DNA from: a virus
Direction: 5' to 3' (one strand)
Length of the DNA: 64,000 bases
Virus record (IMG/VR): IMGVR_UViG_3300025769_000069
Below, in pieces: positions 29,096 to 38,898 of this stretch. Position 1 is the stretch's first letter. Each line of letters opens with the position of its first letter. The position numbers and the translations under genes were made by a program. Below the pieces are notes generated by a model. That model was not told the origin of the DNA. It did not search any database and saw only the letters and a list, made by a program, of their open reading frames with translations.

Positions 29096-29565
29096 TGGCT
29101 AAGAAATTAGGTTTTAAAGATTTTTTAAATGTTGACTATGCACCAGGGATGCCTGATGAAGTCAAAAGAAACGCAAAGAAACGTAAAGTTGATGCACCAA
29201 CCGGAAACACTAATGAAGAGTTAGAGGTTGATGAAGCTTTAGATCTTACACAAAGACGTAAGAGAGCAAGACAACTTGTAAAATATAAATCTCGTATTAA
29301 GATTGGCCGCGAACGCGCAAAAAGACGAGTAGCATCTCCAGCAAAATTAAAAAGACGTTCTAGAAAAAACGCTAGAGATATGATTGTCAAGAAAATTACA
29401 AAAGATATACCTAAAGGTGAGTTAACATACGCTCGCCGGCAAGAGATAGAAAAGCGTATGGAAACATCTGCTATGAAATCAAAAATTGATAGATTGGCCA
29501 GAAAATTACTTCCAAGCATTCGTAAAGCTGAATTAGCAAAGCATCGAGGTAAATCTCAAAAATGA
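29095..29565 (+). CDS. Highly basic putative internal head protein
   Basis: GFKDFL leader, EELEVDEAL site, Arg/Lys-rich body. Confidence 0.6.
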   Translation: MAKKLGFKDFLNVDYAPGMPDEVKRNAKKRKVDAPTGNTNEELEVDEALDLTQRRKRARQLVKYKSRIKIGRERAKRRVASPAKLKRRSRKNARDMIVKKITKDIPKGELTYARRQEIEKRMETSAMKSKIDRLARKLLPSIRKAELAKHRGKSQK

Positions 29566-31127
29566 TTAATTCATTTAGCCAATATTTAATTGAAGAACAG
29601 AAAACTGTTTATTTTACATTTGGTAGATTAAATCCGCCAACAATGGGCCATGAGATGCTTTTAAATAAACTTGCAAAAGCTGCAGGTAAAAATCCATATA
29701 AGATTTATCTTTCTAAATCTAATGATCCAAAAAAGAATCCATTGTCTTATAATGATAAAATTAAATTTGCTCGTAAAATGTTTCCAAAACATGCACGGCA
29801 AATTATTAAAAATAATAAAATCAATACAATTATGGATATTGCTTCAGCTCTTTTTTCTGAAGGTTATATAAACGTTGTCATGGCCGTTGATGGCCCTCGT
29901 TCTCGTGAGTTTGATATTCTATTAAACAAATATAATGGAGTTAAAGGCAGACACGGATTTTATAACTTTAAGTCAATTAAGTTTGTTAATGTTGGTGAGC
30001 GTAATGATTCGTCTGAAGGTATTGACGGAGTCTCAGCCACTAAACAACGTAATGCAGCAAAGGATAATGACTTTGTAGCATTTACACAAGGTCTCCCTAA
30101 ATCAATGTCAAATAAAGATGCGAAGCAATTATTTAATGCTGTTCGTAAAGGCATGGGATTAAAAGAAGCAAAAGAATTTAAACGCCATATTCAATTAGAA
30201 CCAGTTTCAGAATTAAGAGAAGCTTATATTCGTGATAATATTTTTGAAGAAGGTGAACGAGTTGTTATGACTAAAAAAGGTATTGTTGGGAACATCAAAT
30301 ATCTTGGTACTAATTATTTGATTGTAGAGTCAAAAGGCGAAACATGGAGATGCTGGCTAGATGAAGTTTCAAAGGTAGATCCAAATGCTAGACCACCACA
30401 CGTAGAAGCTGATTATGGAGCAACTATAGACGCTGGACCATATAAATTAAGCGAATCAGTGGATTGGGTATGTGGTAAATGTAATTGTGAACCTTGTAGA
30501 TGTAGTGAAATTAATGAAGCTCAAAAGTGGAAAAAAGGTGGACCTGACGGAGAAATTCATACTCAGCATAAAGGTACAACCTGGAGAGTTCGCAAAGATT
30601 ATAACCATAATGATCGTCATGTTGGTGAATATCGTATCGAGTATAAAAAGAAAAATCCATACGGTGCCCACGATTGGGAATGGCATGATACAGTTCAGGG
30701 TAAAGAGCATGCTAAGTCACGTTTGCCAGAAGCAAACCAACCTGAATGGGGAACACCTGAGTCAACTAAAAAAGCAAAAGGTATTACTCCTGGTGAAAAG
30801 AATGAAGGGCTTTGGGATAACATCCGAGCACGTCGTGCTGCTGGAAAGCCAAAATTAAAACCTGGTGATAAAAACTATCCAAAAACTTTGAAGATAGAAA
30901 CTCAACAAGATCCAGATATTAAAGATCGCCCAGGTTCGCAGCCTGCTGGTTATCATAAAGGATTGTCTAGAGCACAGAAAATTGCTAGAGATAGACAATT
31001 TAAACGCCAGACCAAAATGAGCGATAATGATCCAAAGGCATATAAGCTAGCACCGGGTGATAAAACAAGTAAAACAAGATTATCAAAACATACTCTAAAG
31101 TATAGAAAAATGTATGGAGAAGACTAA
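29562..31127 (+). CDS. Cytidylyltransferase-like (HxGH) domain with modular C-terminal extension
   Basis: FGRLNPPTMGHE, SATKQR; leader MINSFSQYLIEE. Confidence 0.75.
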   Translation: MINSFSQYLIEEQKTVYFTFGRLNPPTMGHEMLLNKLAKAAGKNPYKIYLSKSNDPKKNPLSYNDKIKFARKMFPKHARQIIKNNKINTIMDIASALFSEGYINVVMAVDGPRSREFDILLNKYNGVKGRHGFYNFKSIKFVNVGERNDSSEGIDGVSATKQRNAAKDNDFVAFTQGLPKSMSNKDAKQLFNAVRKGMGLKEAKEFKRHIQLEPVSELREAYIRDNIFEEGERVVMTKKGIVGNIKYLGTNYLIVESKGETWRCWLDEVSKVDPNARPPHVEADYGATIDAGPYKLSESVDWVCGKCNCEPCRCSEINEAQKWKKGGPDGEIHTQHKGTTWRVRKDYNHNDRHVGEYRIEYKKKNPYGAHDWEWHDTVQGKEHAKSRLPEANQPEWGTPESTKKAKGITPGEKNEGLWDNIRARRAAGKPKLKPGDKNYPKTLKIETQQDPDIKDRPGSQPAGYHKGLSRAQKIARDRQFKRQTKMSDNDPKAYKLAPGDKTSKTRLSKHTLKYRKMYGED

Positions 31128-31372
31128 TGCAAAGCTTTAAGACATTTAGTGAAAATACTGAAGGGCTAAAAAATAAAGCCGAAAAGTCAGGTATGCCTCT
31201 TGGTGTTCTTCGGAAAGTATACAACCGTGGAGTTGCTGCTTGGAGAACTGGTCATAGACCTGGTACAACTCCTGAACAATGGGGTATGGCAAGAGTAAAT
31301 TCATTTGTAACTAAATCTTCCGGAACATGGGGCAAGGCAGACAAAGATCTGGCGGCGAAAGTAAGAGGCTAA
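31127..31372 (+). CDS. Small basic protein (VYNRGVAAW...QWGMARV; DUF5824-like)
   Basis: Leader MQSFKTFSE. Confidence 0.7.
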   Translation: MQSFKTFSENTEGLKNKAEKSGMPLGVLRKVYNRGVAAWRTGHRPGTTPEQWGMARVNSFVTKSSGTWGKADKDLAAKVRG

Positions 31373-31373
31373 A

Positions 31374-33203
31374 ATGGAATACGATTTAAGATCCCACTCA
31401 AATAAAAGATTAGGAAGCATCCTAGCTAATCCTAGACATCCAGCTCATTCTGCAGCAAAAGCTGAGCGCGATAGGCGTCTTGCTATGAGAAATGAAGCAT
31501 ACGATGAGCCTCAAGGGCAAGCAAAAAGAATGATGTCACCATTACAGAAAATGAGAATGGATAAAGAAAAAGCTGATCGTGATCGTGATGGTAAACTAAA
31601 ACCAGGTGTCGTAAAAAGAGGTAAGTCAACCATGAATAGACTAAAAGATATTAGACAAAGAGCTGATGCTTTTGCTGTTAAATCCCGTAAAGAAGAAGTT
31701 GATCTTGATGAAATGAAGGATGAATGGAAGACTGATACTGGATGGAAAAAACCAGAAACTATTAGAAAAGATAGATTCGGAAATGTGATTAAGAATCTTC
31801 CCAAACATCTTGCGAAAGCTGCGGCTAAAAAATCTGCTGAAATGAATAAAGAAGAAGTAGAACAAGTTGATGAAGTTCTAGATCGTCCAGGTGCAATGGA
31901 TAAGTATCATAATAAAGCTAAAGCGCAAAGCGACAGGGCACGCAACTCTGCAACAGCTAAAATTCTTCGTGGTAATTCTGACATTTCAAAAGAAAAAGAA
32001 ACTATCCGCAAGCGCGAAAAAGGTATGGACATGGCTACAAATGTGAGAGCCAAACAGTTTCGCAGAGCAGTTACTGGTAGGCCTTATGGCGAAGCAGTTG
32101 AAGAAGACATGAATCCTTATCTAAAGCATTCCACAGATAAATTAAAAAATAAGCATGCTAGTTTTAGTAGACAAATTGGTGATCTTCAAACTAAAAAATT
32201 AAAAGGTGCAAAAAATCCGTCTATTGATCAAGAGATTGCTAAGTATCAACAAAAACTGCGGCATGTAAAAAATGCGATGAAAAATGAATCGATTGAAGAA
32301 GCAAAGCGTAAAGGCGCTCCAAAGATGCAAGGTGATTGGCTGAAGAAAGAGCGTGAAAAGAACCGTGCTCATGATGCAGCGATGGGTCGTACACCAACCG
32401 GTCGTAAAAAACCAGAACGCGCTATGACTTCTACTCAGCGTTCACTTGCTAAAATGCGTGCTGAAGATGTTGAATACGTAAATGAAAAGAAACTTACACC
32501 TAAAGAAGTTAAAAGAGCTTTAGCATCTATTAAACCTCCTAAGAAAAAGCCAACACTACCAAAAGCTCCCTGGGAAAAAGAAAAGACAGAAGAAGGATTT
32601 GTGTCTCATGCACAGCGTAAAGCAGTATGGGCTACTAAAAAAGATGGTGGTAAAGGTCATCCAGATAATAAAAAGAAAAATGAAGCTTATGTTCCAGAAG
32701 GACTAACTGTTGGTGATGGTATGGGTTCTTGGATCAAAGATTTCCAAGCATCTGATGCTCCACAATTCGCAGGAAAATCTCAAAAGAAAAAAAGAGATAT
32801 GGCGATTGCGGCATATTTAGATGCAAAGAGAAGTAAAAAAGAATCAGTAGAAGAAGCTTCTGTTATCAATGGGAAAAAACAAGACCCTAATAGCACTAGA
32901 TGGAAAAGCACTTCTTTGTCCCATGCAGATGCGGTTGCAAAACATGGAAAGGATAATGTCCGTAAAGGAATGTTTAAACGTGGAGATGGAAGTCATGATG
33001 TTCAAGTCAAATCTAAATTAGGCGAAGAAAATATAGACGAAAAAAAAGGTCTGACAATCCCTAAGTTTAGAAGTGCTTTATATAAAGGCGCAAAAGCATT
33101 AGGTGATGTTCAAGCTGTAAAAAAGAAAAAAGTTGGTAAACGTATCGGTAGAAGAGTTGTTGGAAAAATGGCCGGAAGACTTTTAGGAAAGATGTTCAGA
33201 TGA
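31374..33203 (+). CDS. Modular basic polyprotein-like internal head protein
   Basis: About ten Lys/Arg-rich modules separated by acidic linkers (EEVDLDE, EEVEQVDE, ESIEE, ESVEE, EENIDE). Confidence 0.65.
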   Translation: MEYDLRSHSNKRLGSILANPRHPAHSAAKAERDRRLAMRNEAYDEPQGQAKRMMSPLQKMRMDKEKADRDRDGKLKPGVVKRGKSTMNRLKDIRQRADAFAVKSRKEEVDLDEMKDEWKTDTGWKKPETIRKDRFGNVIKNLPKHLAKAAAKKSAEMNKEEVEQVDEVLDRPGAMDKYHNKAKAQSDRARNSATAKILRGNSDISKEKETIRKREKGMDMATNVRAKQFRRAVTGRPYGEAVEEDMNPYLKHSTDKLKNKHASFSRQIGDLQTKKLKGAKNPSIDQEIAKYQQKLRHVKNAMKNESIEEAKRKGAPKMQGDWLKKEREKNRAHDAAMGRTPTGRKKPERAMTSTQRSLAKMRAEDVEYVNEKKLTPKEVKRALASIKPPKKKPTLPKAPWEKEKTEEGFVSHAQRKAVWATKKDGGKGHPDNKKKNEAYVPEGLTVGDGMGSWIKDFQASDAPQFAGKSQKKKRDMAIAAYLDAKRSKKESVEEASVINGKKQDPNSTRWKSTSLSHADAVAKHGKDNVRKGMFKRGDGSHDVQVKSKLGEENIDEKKGLTIPKFRSALYKGAKALGDVQAVKKKKVGKRIGRRVVGKMAGRLLGKMFR

Positions 33204-33829
33204 TTAAGTTTAGGGATTTCACTAATCATAATTCATCTACTAATCTTGGTGGGACTGAAACGTTAAAAAAAGACCTTGAGGCAATGAAAAGGAAGCTAGC
33301 AACAGAAGCTAAAGATCCTGGTGAATATGACTACGAAGGTGAGATGGCAAAGGTTCAACTTAGAGCTATGATCGATCAAGCAGAAGACTTAGTCGAAAAG
33401 TTTGAGGACAACGAGAACTTGCCTGAATGGGTACAAAATAAAATCACAAAAGCTTCTGACTATATCAAAGATGTATATTCTTACATGGAAGGTCAAGAGG
33501 ACGAAGAAGAAGACGATACGCAGAATGAATCTGCCACGAATGTGAGTGAGGAAAAACATCCAGCACTAAAAAGAGCTGGAGTTTCTGGATTTAGTAAGCC
33601 AAAAAGAACATCAGGGCATCCAACTAGTAGCCACGTCGTTGTTGTAAGAGATGGTGGTAAAGTAAAAACAATTCGTTTTGGCCAACAAGGCGTATCTGGA
33701 TCTCCTAAGAAAGAGGGAGAATCAAAATCATATGCAGCCAGAAGAAAATCATTTAAAGCTAGACATGCTAAAAATATAGCAAAAGGAAAATCATCTGCTG
33801 CGTATTGGGCAAATAAAGTAAAGTGGTGA
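33200..33829 (+). CDS. Two-module protein (LPEWVQNKIT module and RKSFKARH...SAAYWA module)
   Basis: Leader MIKFRDF. Confidence 0.7.
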   Translation: MIKFRDFTNHNSSTNLGGTETLKKDLEAMKRKLATEAKDPGEYDYEGEMAKVQLRAMIDQAEDLVEKFEDNENLPEWVQNKITKASDYIKDVYSYMEGQEDEEEDDTQNESATNVSEEKHPALKRAGVSGFSKPKRTSGHPTSSHVVVVRDGGKVKTIRFGQQGVSGSPKKEGESKSYAARRKSFKARHAKNIAKGKSSAAYWANKVKW

Positions 33830-33832
33830 TAT

Positions 33833-34603
33833 ATGGCACAAAAATCAAAATACCTTTCAAACACTCGGATTGCTGAAAAAATAGATGTATCGGAAGGTAG
33901 AGTTCTTAACACAGATTATATCCATAAGTTTGGCAGAAATCCAAGTGTAGGTGGTGCACCTGAAACTATTTGGATGCAAGGTGGAGTTTACGAATATTTG
34001 ACTTCTCCTTCTACTGTTTATGCTACAAGTGATAATGCTGCTGATGCTGCTGCTGGAACTGGAGCAAGGACCGTTACAGTTCAAGGATTGGATGTAAACT
34101 ATCTTAATGTACAGGAAACATTAACAGTAGGTGGACCTGCTTCAACAGTAGAATTTTTAAGAGTGTTCCGAGCTTTTGTTGCCGAGTCAGGATCTGTTGG
34201 AACAAATGTCGGTAATGTGTTAATTACAACAGGAGCTGGTGGAAGCGGAACAGTATTAGCAGATATTGGCACCATAGGAACTGGAACAACTTTTGGATTA
34301 GGGCAGACACAACTTGCTTTATATACAATTCCAGCACATTGTACTGGATACTTAACAACTTGGAATGTTGGTATAGGAGCTTATAACAATAGTGCTACGG
34401 TTTCGTTGTATACTCGAGTATTTGATACTGGATATCTGAGTTTTAGAACAAGAGATATTATGGATGTGCCTGGAGGTTATCACACAAGAAATTATGGTAT
34501 ACCATTGAAAATCCCGACAAAAACTGATATTGAAGTAAGGGGTATTGCTTCAACTGGTACTTCAATTAGTGCATCTTTTGATCTTATACTAGTGAAAAAA
34601 TAA
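33833..34603 (+). CDS. Gly/Thr-rich beta protein, probable virion structural protein
   Basis: HKFGRN, ETIW, GTGARTVTVQGLD. Confidence 0.55.
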   Translation: MAQKSKYLSNTRIAEKIDVSEGRVLNTDYIHKFGRNPSVGGAPETIWMQGGVYEYLTSPSTVYATSDNAADAAAGTGARTVTVQGLDVNYLNVQETLTVGGPASTVEFLRVFRAFVAESGSVGTNVGNVLITTGAGGSGTVLADIGTIGTGTTFGLGQTQLALYTIPAHCTGYLTTWNVGIGAYNNSATVSLYTRVFDTGYLSFRTRDIMDVPGGYHTRNYGIPLKIPTKTDIEVRGIASTGTSISASFDLILVKK

Positions 34604-34640
34604 ATGAACTTTTTCGATATTATCTTAACTAATAAATAAT

Positions 34641-34648
34641 TATAAATA
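34641..34648 (+). promoter_or_regulatory. T4-type late promoter
   Basis: TATAAATA upstream of 34672. Confidence 0.7.
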
Positions 34649-34671
34649 AGATTAAACTTAAAGAGAAAATA

Positions 34672-34950
34672 ATGGCAGAGACTACAAATAATCGACTGGA
34701 TCGTATCGAAGAAAAGCTCGACAAGCTTGGTGATGTAATAGTCTCTATTGCTCGCTTTGAAGAGAAGATGGATGCTTATAATGAGTATCGTGAACGATCA
34801 TGGGAACGTATGAACAAGTTTTCAGAAAAACTTGACATAATAGAAAAAAAAGTTGAAGATAACTGTCGTACGGTACACACAATAAACAAATTATTCTGGA
34901 TAGGATTAATAGCTATTTCAGGATCTATCGCAGCCCAATTATGGATGTAA
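34672..34950 (+). CDS. Coiled-coil protein with C-terminal TM (XhlA-like)
   Basis: RLDRIEEKLD...FWIGLIAISG. Confidence 0.65.
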   Translation: MAETTNNRLDRIEEKLDKLGDVIVSIARFEEKMDAYNEYRERSWERMNKFSEKLDIIEKKVEDNCRTVHTINKLFWIGLIAISGSIAAQLWM

Positions 34951-34960
34951 GGAAACAAAA

Positions 34961-36121
34961 ATGAAAACAGAAGATATTAAAAACATCGCGAGGGCTTGGC
35001 AACAGGTCCAAGAAAAACTAACTGGTAATCAACATAAAATTGACCATAATAAAAATGGAAAAATTGATGCTGGAGATTTTGAACACCTGCGCTCCAAAAA
35101 GAAAAAAGTTGGAGAAGATGAAGAAGTAGAAATCAATCCTAAAATGAAAACAAAGAAAAAAACAGATACAGAAATGGCTACTGAAGCCAAACTTAGTGAA
35201 GGCGTGACGAGTAGAGATGCAATCGACGAGATTTCAAAAGATCTGGCTCAGCGTTATTATACTAAATCATACGATGCTCAGCGAAAAGCCATGAATACCA
35301 TGATCGATACTGAAAAAGCGAGAAAGCCTGAAAAGAAAAAAGCATATGATGACGCCAGAGCAACATTCCGCAAGCGTGGAAAAGGCTCAGACATGGCTGC
35401 TAAGCGTTTAGCCTATAAAGGTAAAAATGAAGAAGCAGAGCAAATCGACGAGATCTCTATGGATAAAGCAACTCGTACTTATGCAGCTCGCAAATCTCAA
35501 GCACAATCAGCGGCTCATCAGGGTTCAATGGATTATGCTAAAAAGCAAATGGCAAAAGCTCGTAAGACAAAAGCCTACATGGATAAACGTGAATCAGTAG
35601 AGCAAGTCGACGAGATCTCAAAAGATCTAGCAGGTCGTTATATCAAAAAAGCTCAAATAGATACAGCACACGCAGGCGATCAAATTGCTACAGGGAGCAT
35701 GGGTCAAATGGGTGCATCTCCTGATGTTAAAAAAGGTTATGAAAAGCAACGCCAAAGAGGTATTGCTAAACTCGTTCGCCGTCGTATGGGTACGTCAGAT
35801 GCTGTTCGTAAACTAACCGGTAAAGCTCGTGTTGCAGCAACAGAAGAAACAAATGAATGGCCAATTTATGCACGTATCAAAGAAGCTCGTGATGCGCATA
35901 TGAAAGGTGCTACGCCACCAGAAGCAATCGACTCTAAAGCTTCAAAGGGTGAAAAAGATTTTAAGGCAATGCATAAGGTAGATGACAAACGTGGAATGGA
36001 AGATCAATCACATGATGATGTTTCCAAAGCAGGTCGTGTAACTAAAAAGGCTCCTGGAAGAAATGGAGATAATAAAGCTGGTGATAAAATGCAAGCGCCA
36101 GTAGATACAACGAAAGGTTAA
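34961..36121 (+). CDS. Modular internal/prohead protein with three (I/V)DEIS repeat modules
   Basis: DHNKNGKIDAGDF EF-like loop; IDEISKDL, IDEISMD, VDEISKDL. Confidence 0.65.
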   Translation: MKTEDIKNIARAWQQVQEKLTGNQHKIDHNKNGKIDAGDFEHLRSKKKKVGEDEEVEINPKMKTKKKTDTEMATEAKLSEGVTSRDAIDEISKDLAQRYYTKSYDAQRKAMNTMIDTEKARKPEKKKAYDDARATFRKRGKGSDMAAKRLAYKGKNEEAEQIDEISMDKATRTYAARKSQAQSAAHQGSMDYAKKQMAKARKTKAYMDKRESVEQVDEISKDLAGRYIKKAQIDTAHAGDQIATGSMGQMGASPDVKKGYEKQRQRGIAKLVRRRMGTSDAVRKLTGKARVAATEETNEWPIYARIKEARDAHMKGATPPEAIDSKASKGEKDFKAMHKVDDKRGMEDQSHDDVSKAGRVTKKAPGRNGDNKAGDKMQAPVDTTKG

Positions 36122-36125
36122 GATA

Positions 36126-36473
36126 ATGATTAAAGGTCCAAAAGGTGCAGTTCCAACTCTGCGTGGATGGGCTCATGAACGTACTGGTGAGCTACTTAAA
36201 AGTCAAAAAATTTCTCAAAAAGCAATTGATGAATGGTATGGAATACGAGTTGAAGAACATGTTGAGCCTGCTCCAGAACCAGTTGTTGAACCAATTATTG
36301 TAGATGAAAATGATGTTATTTCTGATTTAAATGAAGATGGTATAATTGATGAATTAGAAAGCATGACAAAAAATGAATTAGAAGAATATGGTAGAGAACA
36401 CGGTGTCGAACTAGATCGTCGTAAGAATAAAAAAACAATGATTGAAGATTTGAGAGCGCATTTAGAGACTTAA
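36126..36473 (+). CDS. Hypothetical protein with C-terminal Rho-N/SAP-like motif
   Basis: MTKNELEEYGREHGVELDRRKNKKTMI. Confidence 0.65.
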   Translation: MIKGPKGAVPTLRGWAHERTGELLKSQKISQKAIDEWYGIRVEEHVEPAPEPVVEPIIVDENDVISDLNEDGIIDELESMTKNELEEYGREHGVELDRRKNKKTMIEDLRAHLET

Positions 36474-36477
36474 ATGA

Positions 36478-36840
36478 ATGAAATTTGAGCTGACAGAAGA
36501 AAATCTTTTCTTATATGCAGCCAAGAATTATTATAATCCTAAGTATATTGATGCTGAATCGTTTGAAGAAGATTTAAAAAGATTTAAATATATTAAAAGA
36601 CTGTGTAATAGATATATAGAATCTGATAAATTATCTGAAAGACTTTTATTGAATCATTTGATCGTAGTGTTTAATGTTTTTGGTGTTGAAGCTGCAAAGA
36701 AAATATTGAATTTAAAATTAGATAATGAGCATTGGCCAATAGTAAAACCATTTTTATTATATCTAAATTATATTAAAAATAATGAATATGTCGATGTATC
36801 TATGGATCAATATGTAGTAAGCGCTTTAAGGAAAATTTGA
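36478..36840 (+). CDS. Conserved T4-like hypothetical protein
   Basis: EDLKRFKYIKRL, RLLLNHLI. Confidence 0.75.
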   Translation: MKFELTEENLFLYAAKNYYNPKYIDAESFEEDLKRFKYIKRLCNRYIESDKLSERLLLNHLIVVFNVFGVEAAKKILNLKLDNEHWPIVKPFLLYLNYIKNNEYVDVSMDQYVVSALRKI

Positions 36841-37439
36841 TGGGAATAATTAAAAGAGCTGGTGACTTAGTCTATACGTTTAGATTTTTAAGGCTTCTTA
36901 CAACTAATTTTGAAGATACCGAAGCTTTTAAATTAGGCATCATTGATAAAGATGGTAAAAGACTAAAATCTTTCAATCTAAACGACATGGAGAATAGAGA
37001 TAATTATAGAGATTACTATACTCCATTCCACAGACTAGTCTTTAATATAAAAAAATTACTTTCTAAAGCTCCTGGTGGGGATACTAAAATTGCATCTTAT
37101 GCAGCAGCTTTATATTTACTTAAAGAAAAATTTGGTGTAAGTGAAACTCAGATAGAGCATGGTTTAAAAAAATCAGGTATAAATACAATTGATTTTATGA
37201 CCGAAGGATCTAAATGGTTTTTGCTTGAAAACAATCAACTGTCTCCAGGACGTTATAAAATTAAACATGCTAAAGTTTTATCCAATACCCTAGATGATAT
37301 TGTCAGAGAAAAAGATTGGATTATAGTAGGTGAAGATGCATATCCAATTGGAACCATTTTTGGATTAAATATTTATGAAGTAAAACACAAAAGCACAAAC
37401 CAAAATATTTATGTAACAGTAGACGAGTTGTTAGCATGA
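36840..37439 (+). CDS. Conserved T4-like hypothetical protein
   Basis: AFKLGIIDKDGK, FHRLVFNIKK, YAAALYLLKE. Confidence 0.75.
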   Translation: MGIIKRAGDLVYTFRFLRLLTTNFEDTEAFKLGIIDKDGKRLKSFNLNDMENRDNYRDYYTPFHRLVFNIKKLLSKAPGGDTKIASYAAALYLLKEKFGVSETQIEHGLKKSGINTIDFMTEGSKWFLLENNQLSPGRYKIKHAKVLSNTLDDIVREKDWIIVGEDAYPIGTIFGLNIYEVKHKSTNQNIYVTVDELLA

Positions 37440-37598
37440 CAAAAATTAAAGAAGAATCACCGGCAACTTCTATTGGAAACGCTTCAGTTTCTTTACCACC
37501 AACAGCTAAATTTAATCCAAAGGTTGTAGTTGATCGCCGGCATAAAAAAGGTAAAACTGTTTTACTAAAAAGGTTCAGAAAGTATATGGACGATAAAA

Positions 37599-38048
37599 AT
37601 GGCTAAATTATATTTGATGCTACTTTTAGTAAGTTTATTCAGCGGAGTTGGATATGCTGGATATTCTTATTATATGTGGTCTCAAGAAACAATTGGAACT
37701 TTACGTGAAAATAATGTAAAGTTAAAGACAGCTGCAGAGACACTACAAAACACTGTAGAAAAAATGGCAGCTGATGCTAAAAAGAATGAAGAACTAAATC
37801 GTAACTTGACTAAAAGATTGCAACAATCGCAAGAACACCTAGACAAATTAAGAGGTGTATTTGCTAAAATTGATTTGACTATGGAGGCATTAACAAATGC
37901 ACAAGGACTTGAAGACAGAGTTAACAACGCCGTTAACAAACTTATTGGGCGGATCCAAGATGAAACTACTCCTCCTAGCGATGAGCCCGCTTCTACTGAC
38001 AGCGTGCGGGGTGAGGACGCCGGAGCCGGAAGTAGTAGTAACAACTGA
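37599..38048 (+). CDS. Inner-membrane spanin (Rz-like)
   Basis: N-terminal TM plus periplasmic coiled coil; overlaps a lipoprotein gene. Confidence 0.75.
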   Translation: MAKLYLMLLLVSLFSGVGYAGYSYYMWSQETIGTLRENNVKLKTAAETLQNTVEKMAADAKKNEELNRNLTKRLQQSQEHLDKLRGVFAKIDLTMEALTNAQGLEDRVNNAVNKLIGRIQDETTPPSDEPASTDSVRGEDAGAGSSSNN

Positions 38049-38337
38049 ATACCAGGAACAAAATATTCCTATTCAAGAACGACCTAAAGCTGTAGAGTTT
38101 CCTCCAGTTGATTGGTATGTCATAACAGAAGAAAACCTTGAAGAAAAAATTCAAGAAATTAATTCAAAAACTGGTAATGTAGTTGTCTTTGCTATTACAC
38201 CAAAAGGTTATGAAAATCTTGCACTTGGTATTGCAGAATTGCGGCGCTATGTAAAAGATCAGCAAGCAATCATTGGATATTATGAAGAAGCTTTAACTCC
38301 TACTGAGCCTACTCCATCCACTTCAGAAAATCAGTAG
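37960..38337 (+). CDS. Outer-membrane spanin lipoprotein (Rz1-like)
   Basis: Lipobox LLLTAC, Pro-rich N-part, overlapping frame. Confidence 0.78.
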   Translation: MKLLLLAMSPLLLTACGVRTPEPEVVVTTEYQEQNIPIQERPKAVEFPPVDWYVITEENLEEKIQEINSKTGNVVVFAITPKGYENLALGIAELRRYVKDQQAIIGYYEEALTPTEPTPSTSENQ

Positions 38338-38341
38338 ATTT

Positions 38342-38370
38342 ATTATAACACATATTTTTAAGATGTAAAC
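38342..38370 (-). promoter_or_regulatory. Antisense sigma70-type promoter facing the spanin genes
   Basis: Minus strand GTTTACA-16-TATAAT with TG extension. Confidence 0.6.
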
Positions 38371-38898
38371 ATGCTAAATGAGCTGAGTGATTATTTTTTT
38401 AGTAATAAAATCTATGAAAAACTTCATATTGACAAAGAAGGCTCTTTAGAAGAAGATGATAAGTTTTCTTTTGATACGCCAAGAGTAGTATCTCCAAATT
38501 TTTGCTCATCAATGATTTATTTTGAGCCATTTATTTTTGATTGGTGTCAACAAGTAGCATCAATAACAAATGCAATAGGGACTGCGTTAGCAGTATACTA
38601 TCCACCTGGAGGCTATCTTGGCTGGCATACAAATGATGATTGTGTTGCTCATAATTTAATACTAACATATAGTGCTTCTGATAAAAGTTATTTTGAATCA
38701 AGACAAAAAAGAATATATGATACTAAAGGATGGTCTATAAAAATTAATGAATTTAATAGAGATTCTTCTTGGCATCGAGCTATAGCAATAGACCATCGGA
38801 TAACTTTTGCTTTCATCTATGATACTAAAGAAAAAAGGGATATAGCAGTAAAAAAATTCAATTTTACCGATGTTCAAAATTGGAAATCAAATATATAA
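38371..38898 (+). CDS. Putative 2OG-Fe(II) oxygenase
   Basis: YPPGGYLGWHTND...WH...RITFAF. Confidence 0.7.
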   Translation: MLNELSDYFFSNKIYEKLHIDKEGSLEEDDKFSFDTPRVVSPNFCSSMIYFEPFIFDWCQQVASITNAIGTALAVYYPPGGYLGWHTNDDCVAHNLILTYSASDKSYFESRQKRIYDTKGWSIKINEFNRDSSWHRAIAIDHRITFAFIYDTKEKRDIAVKKFNFTDVQNWKSNI

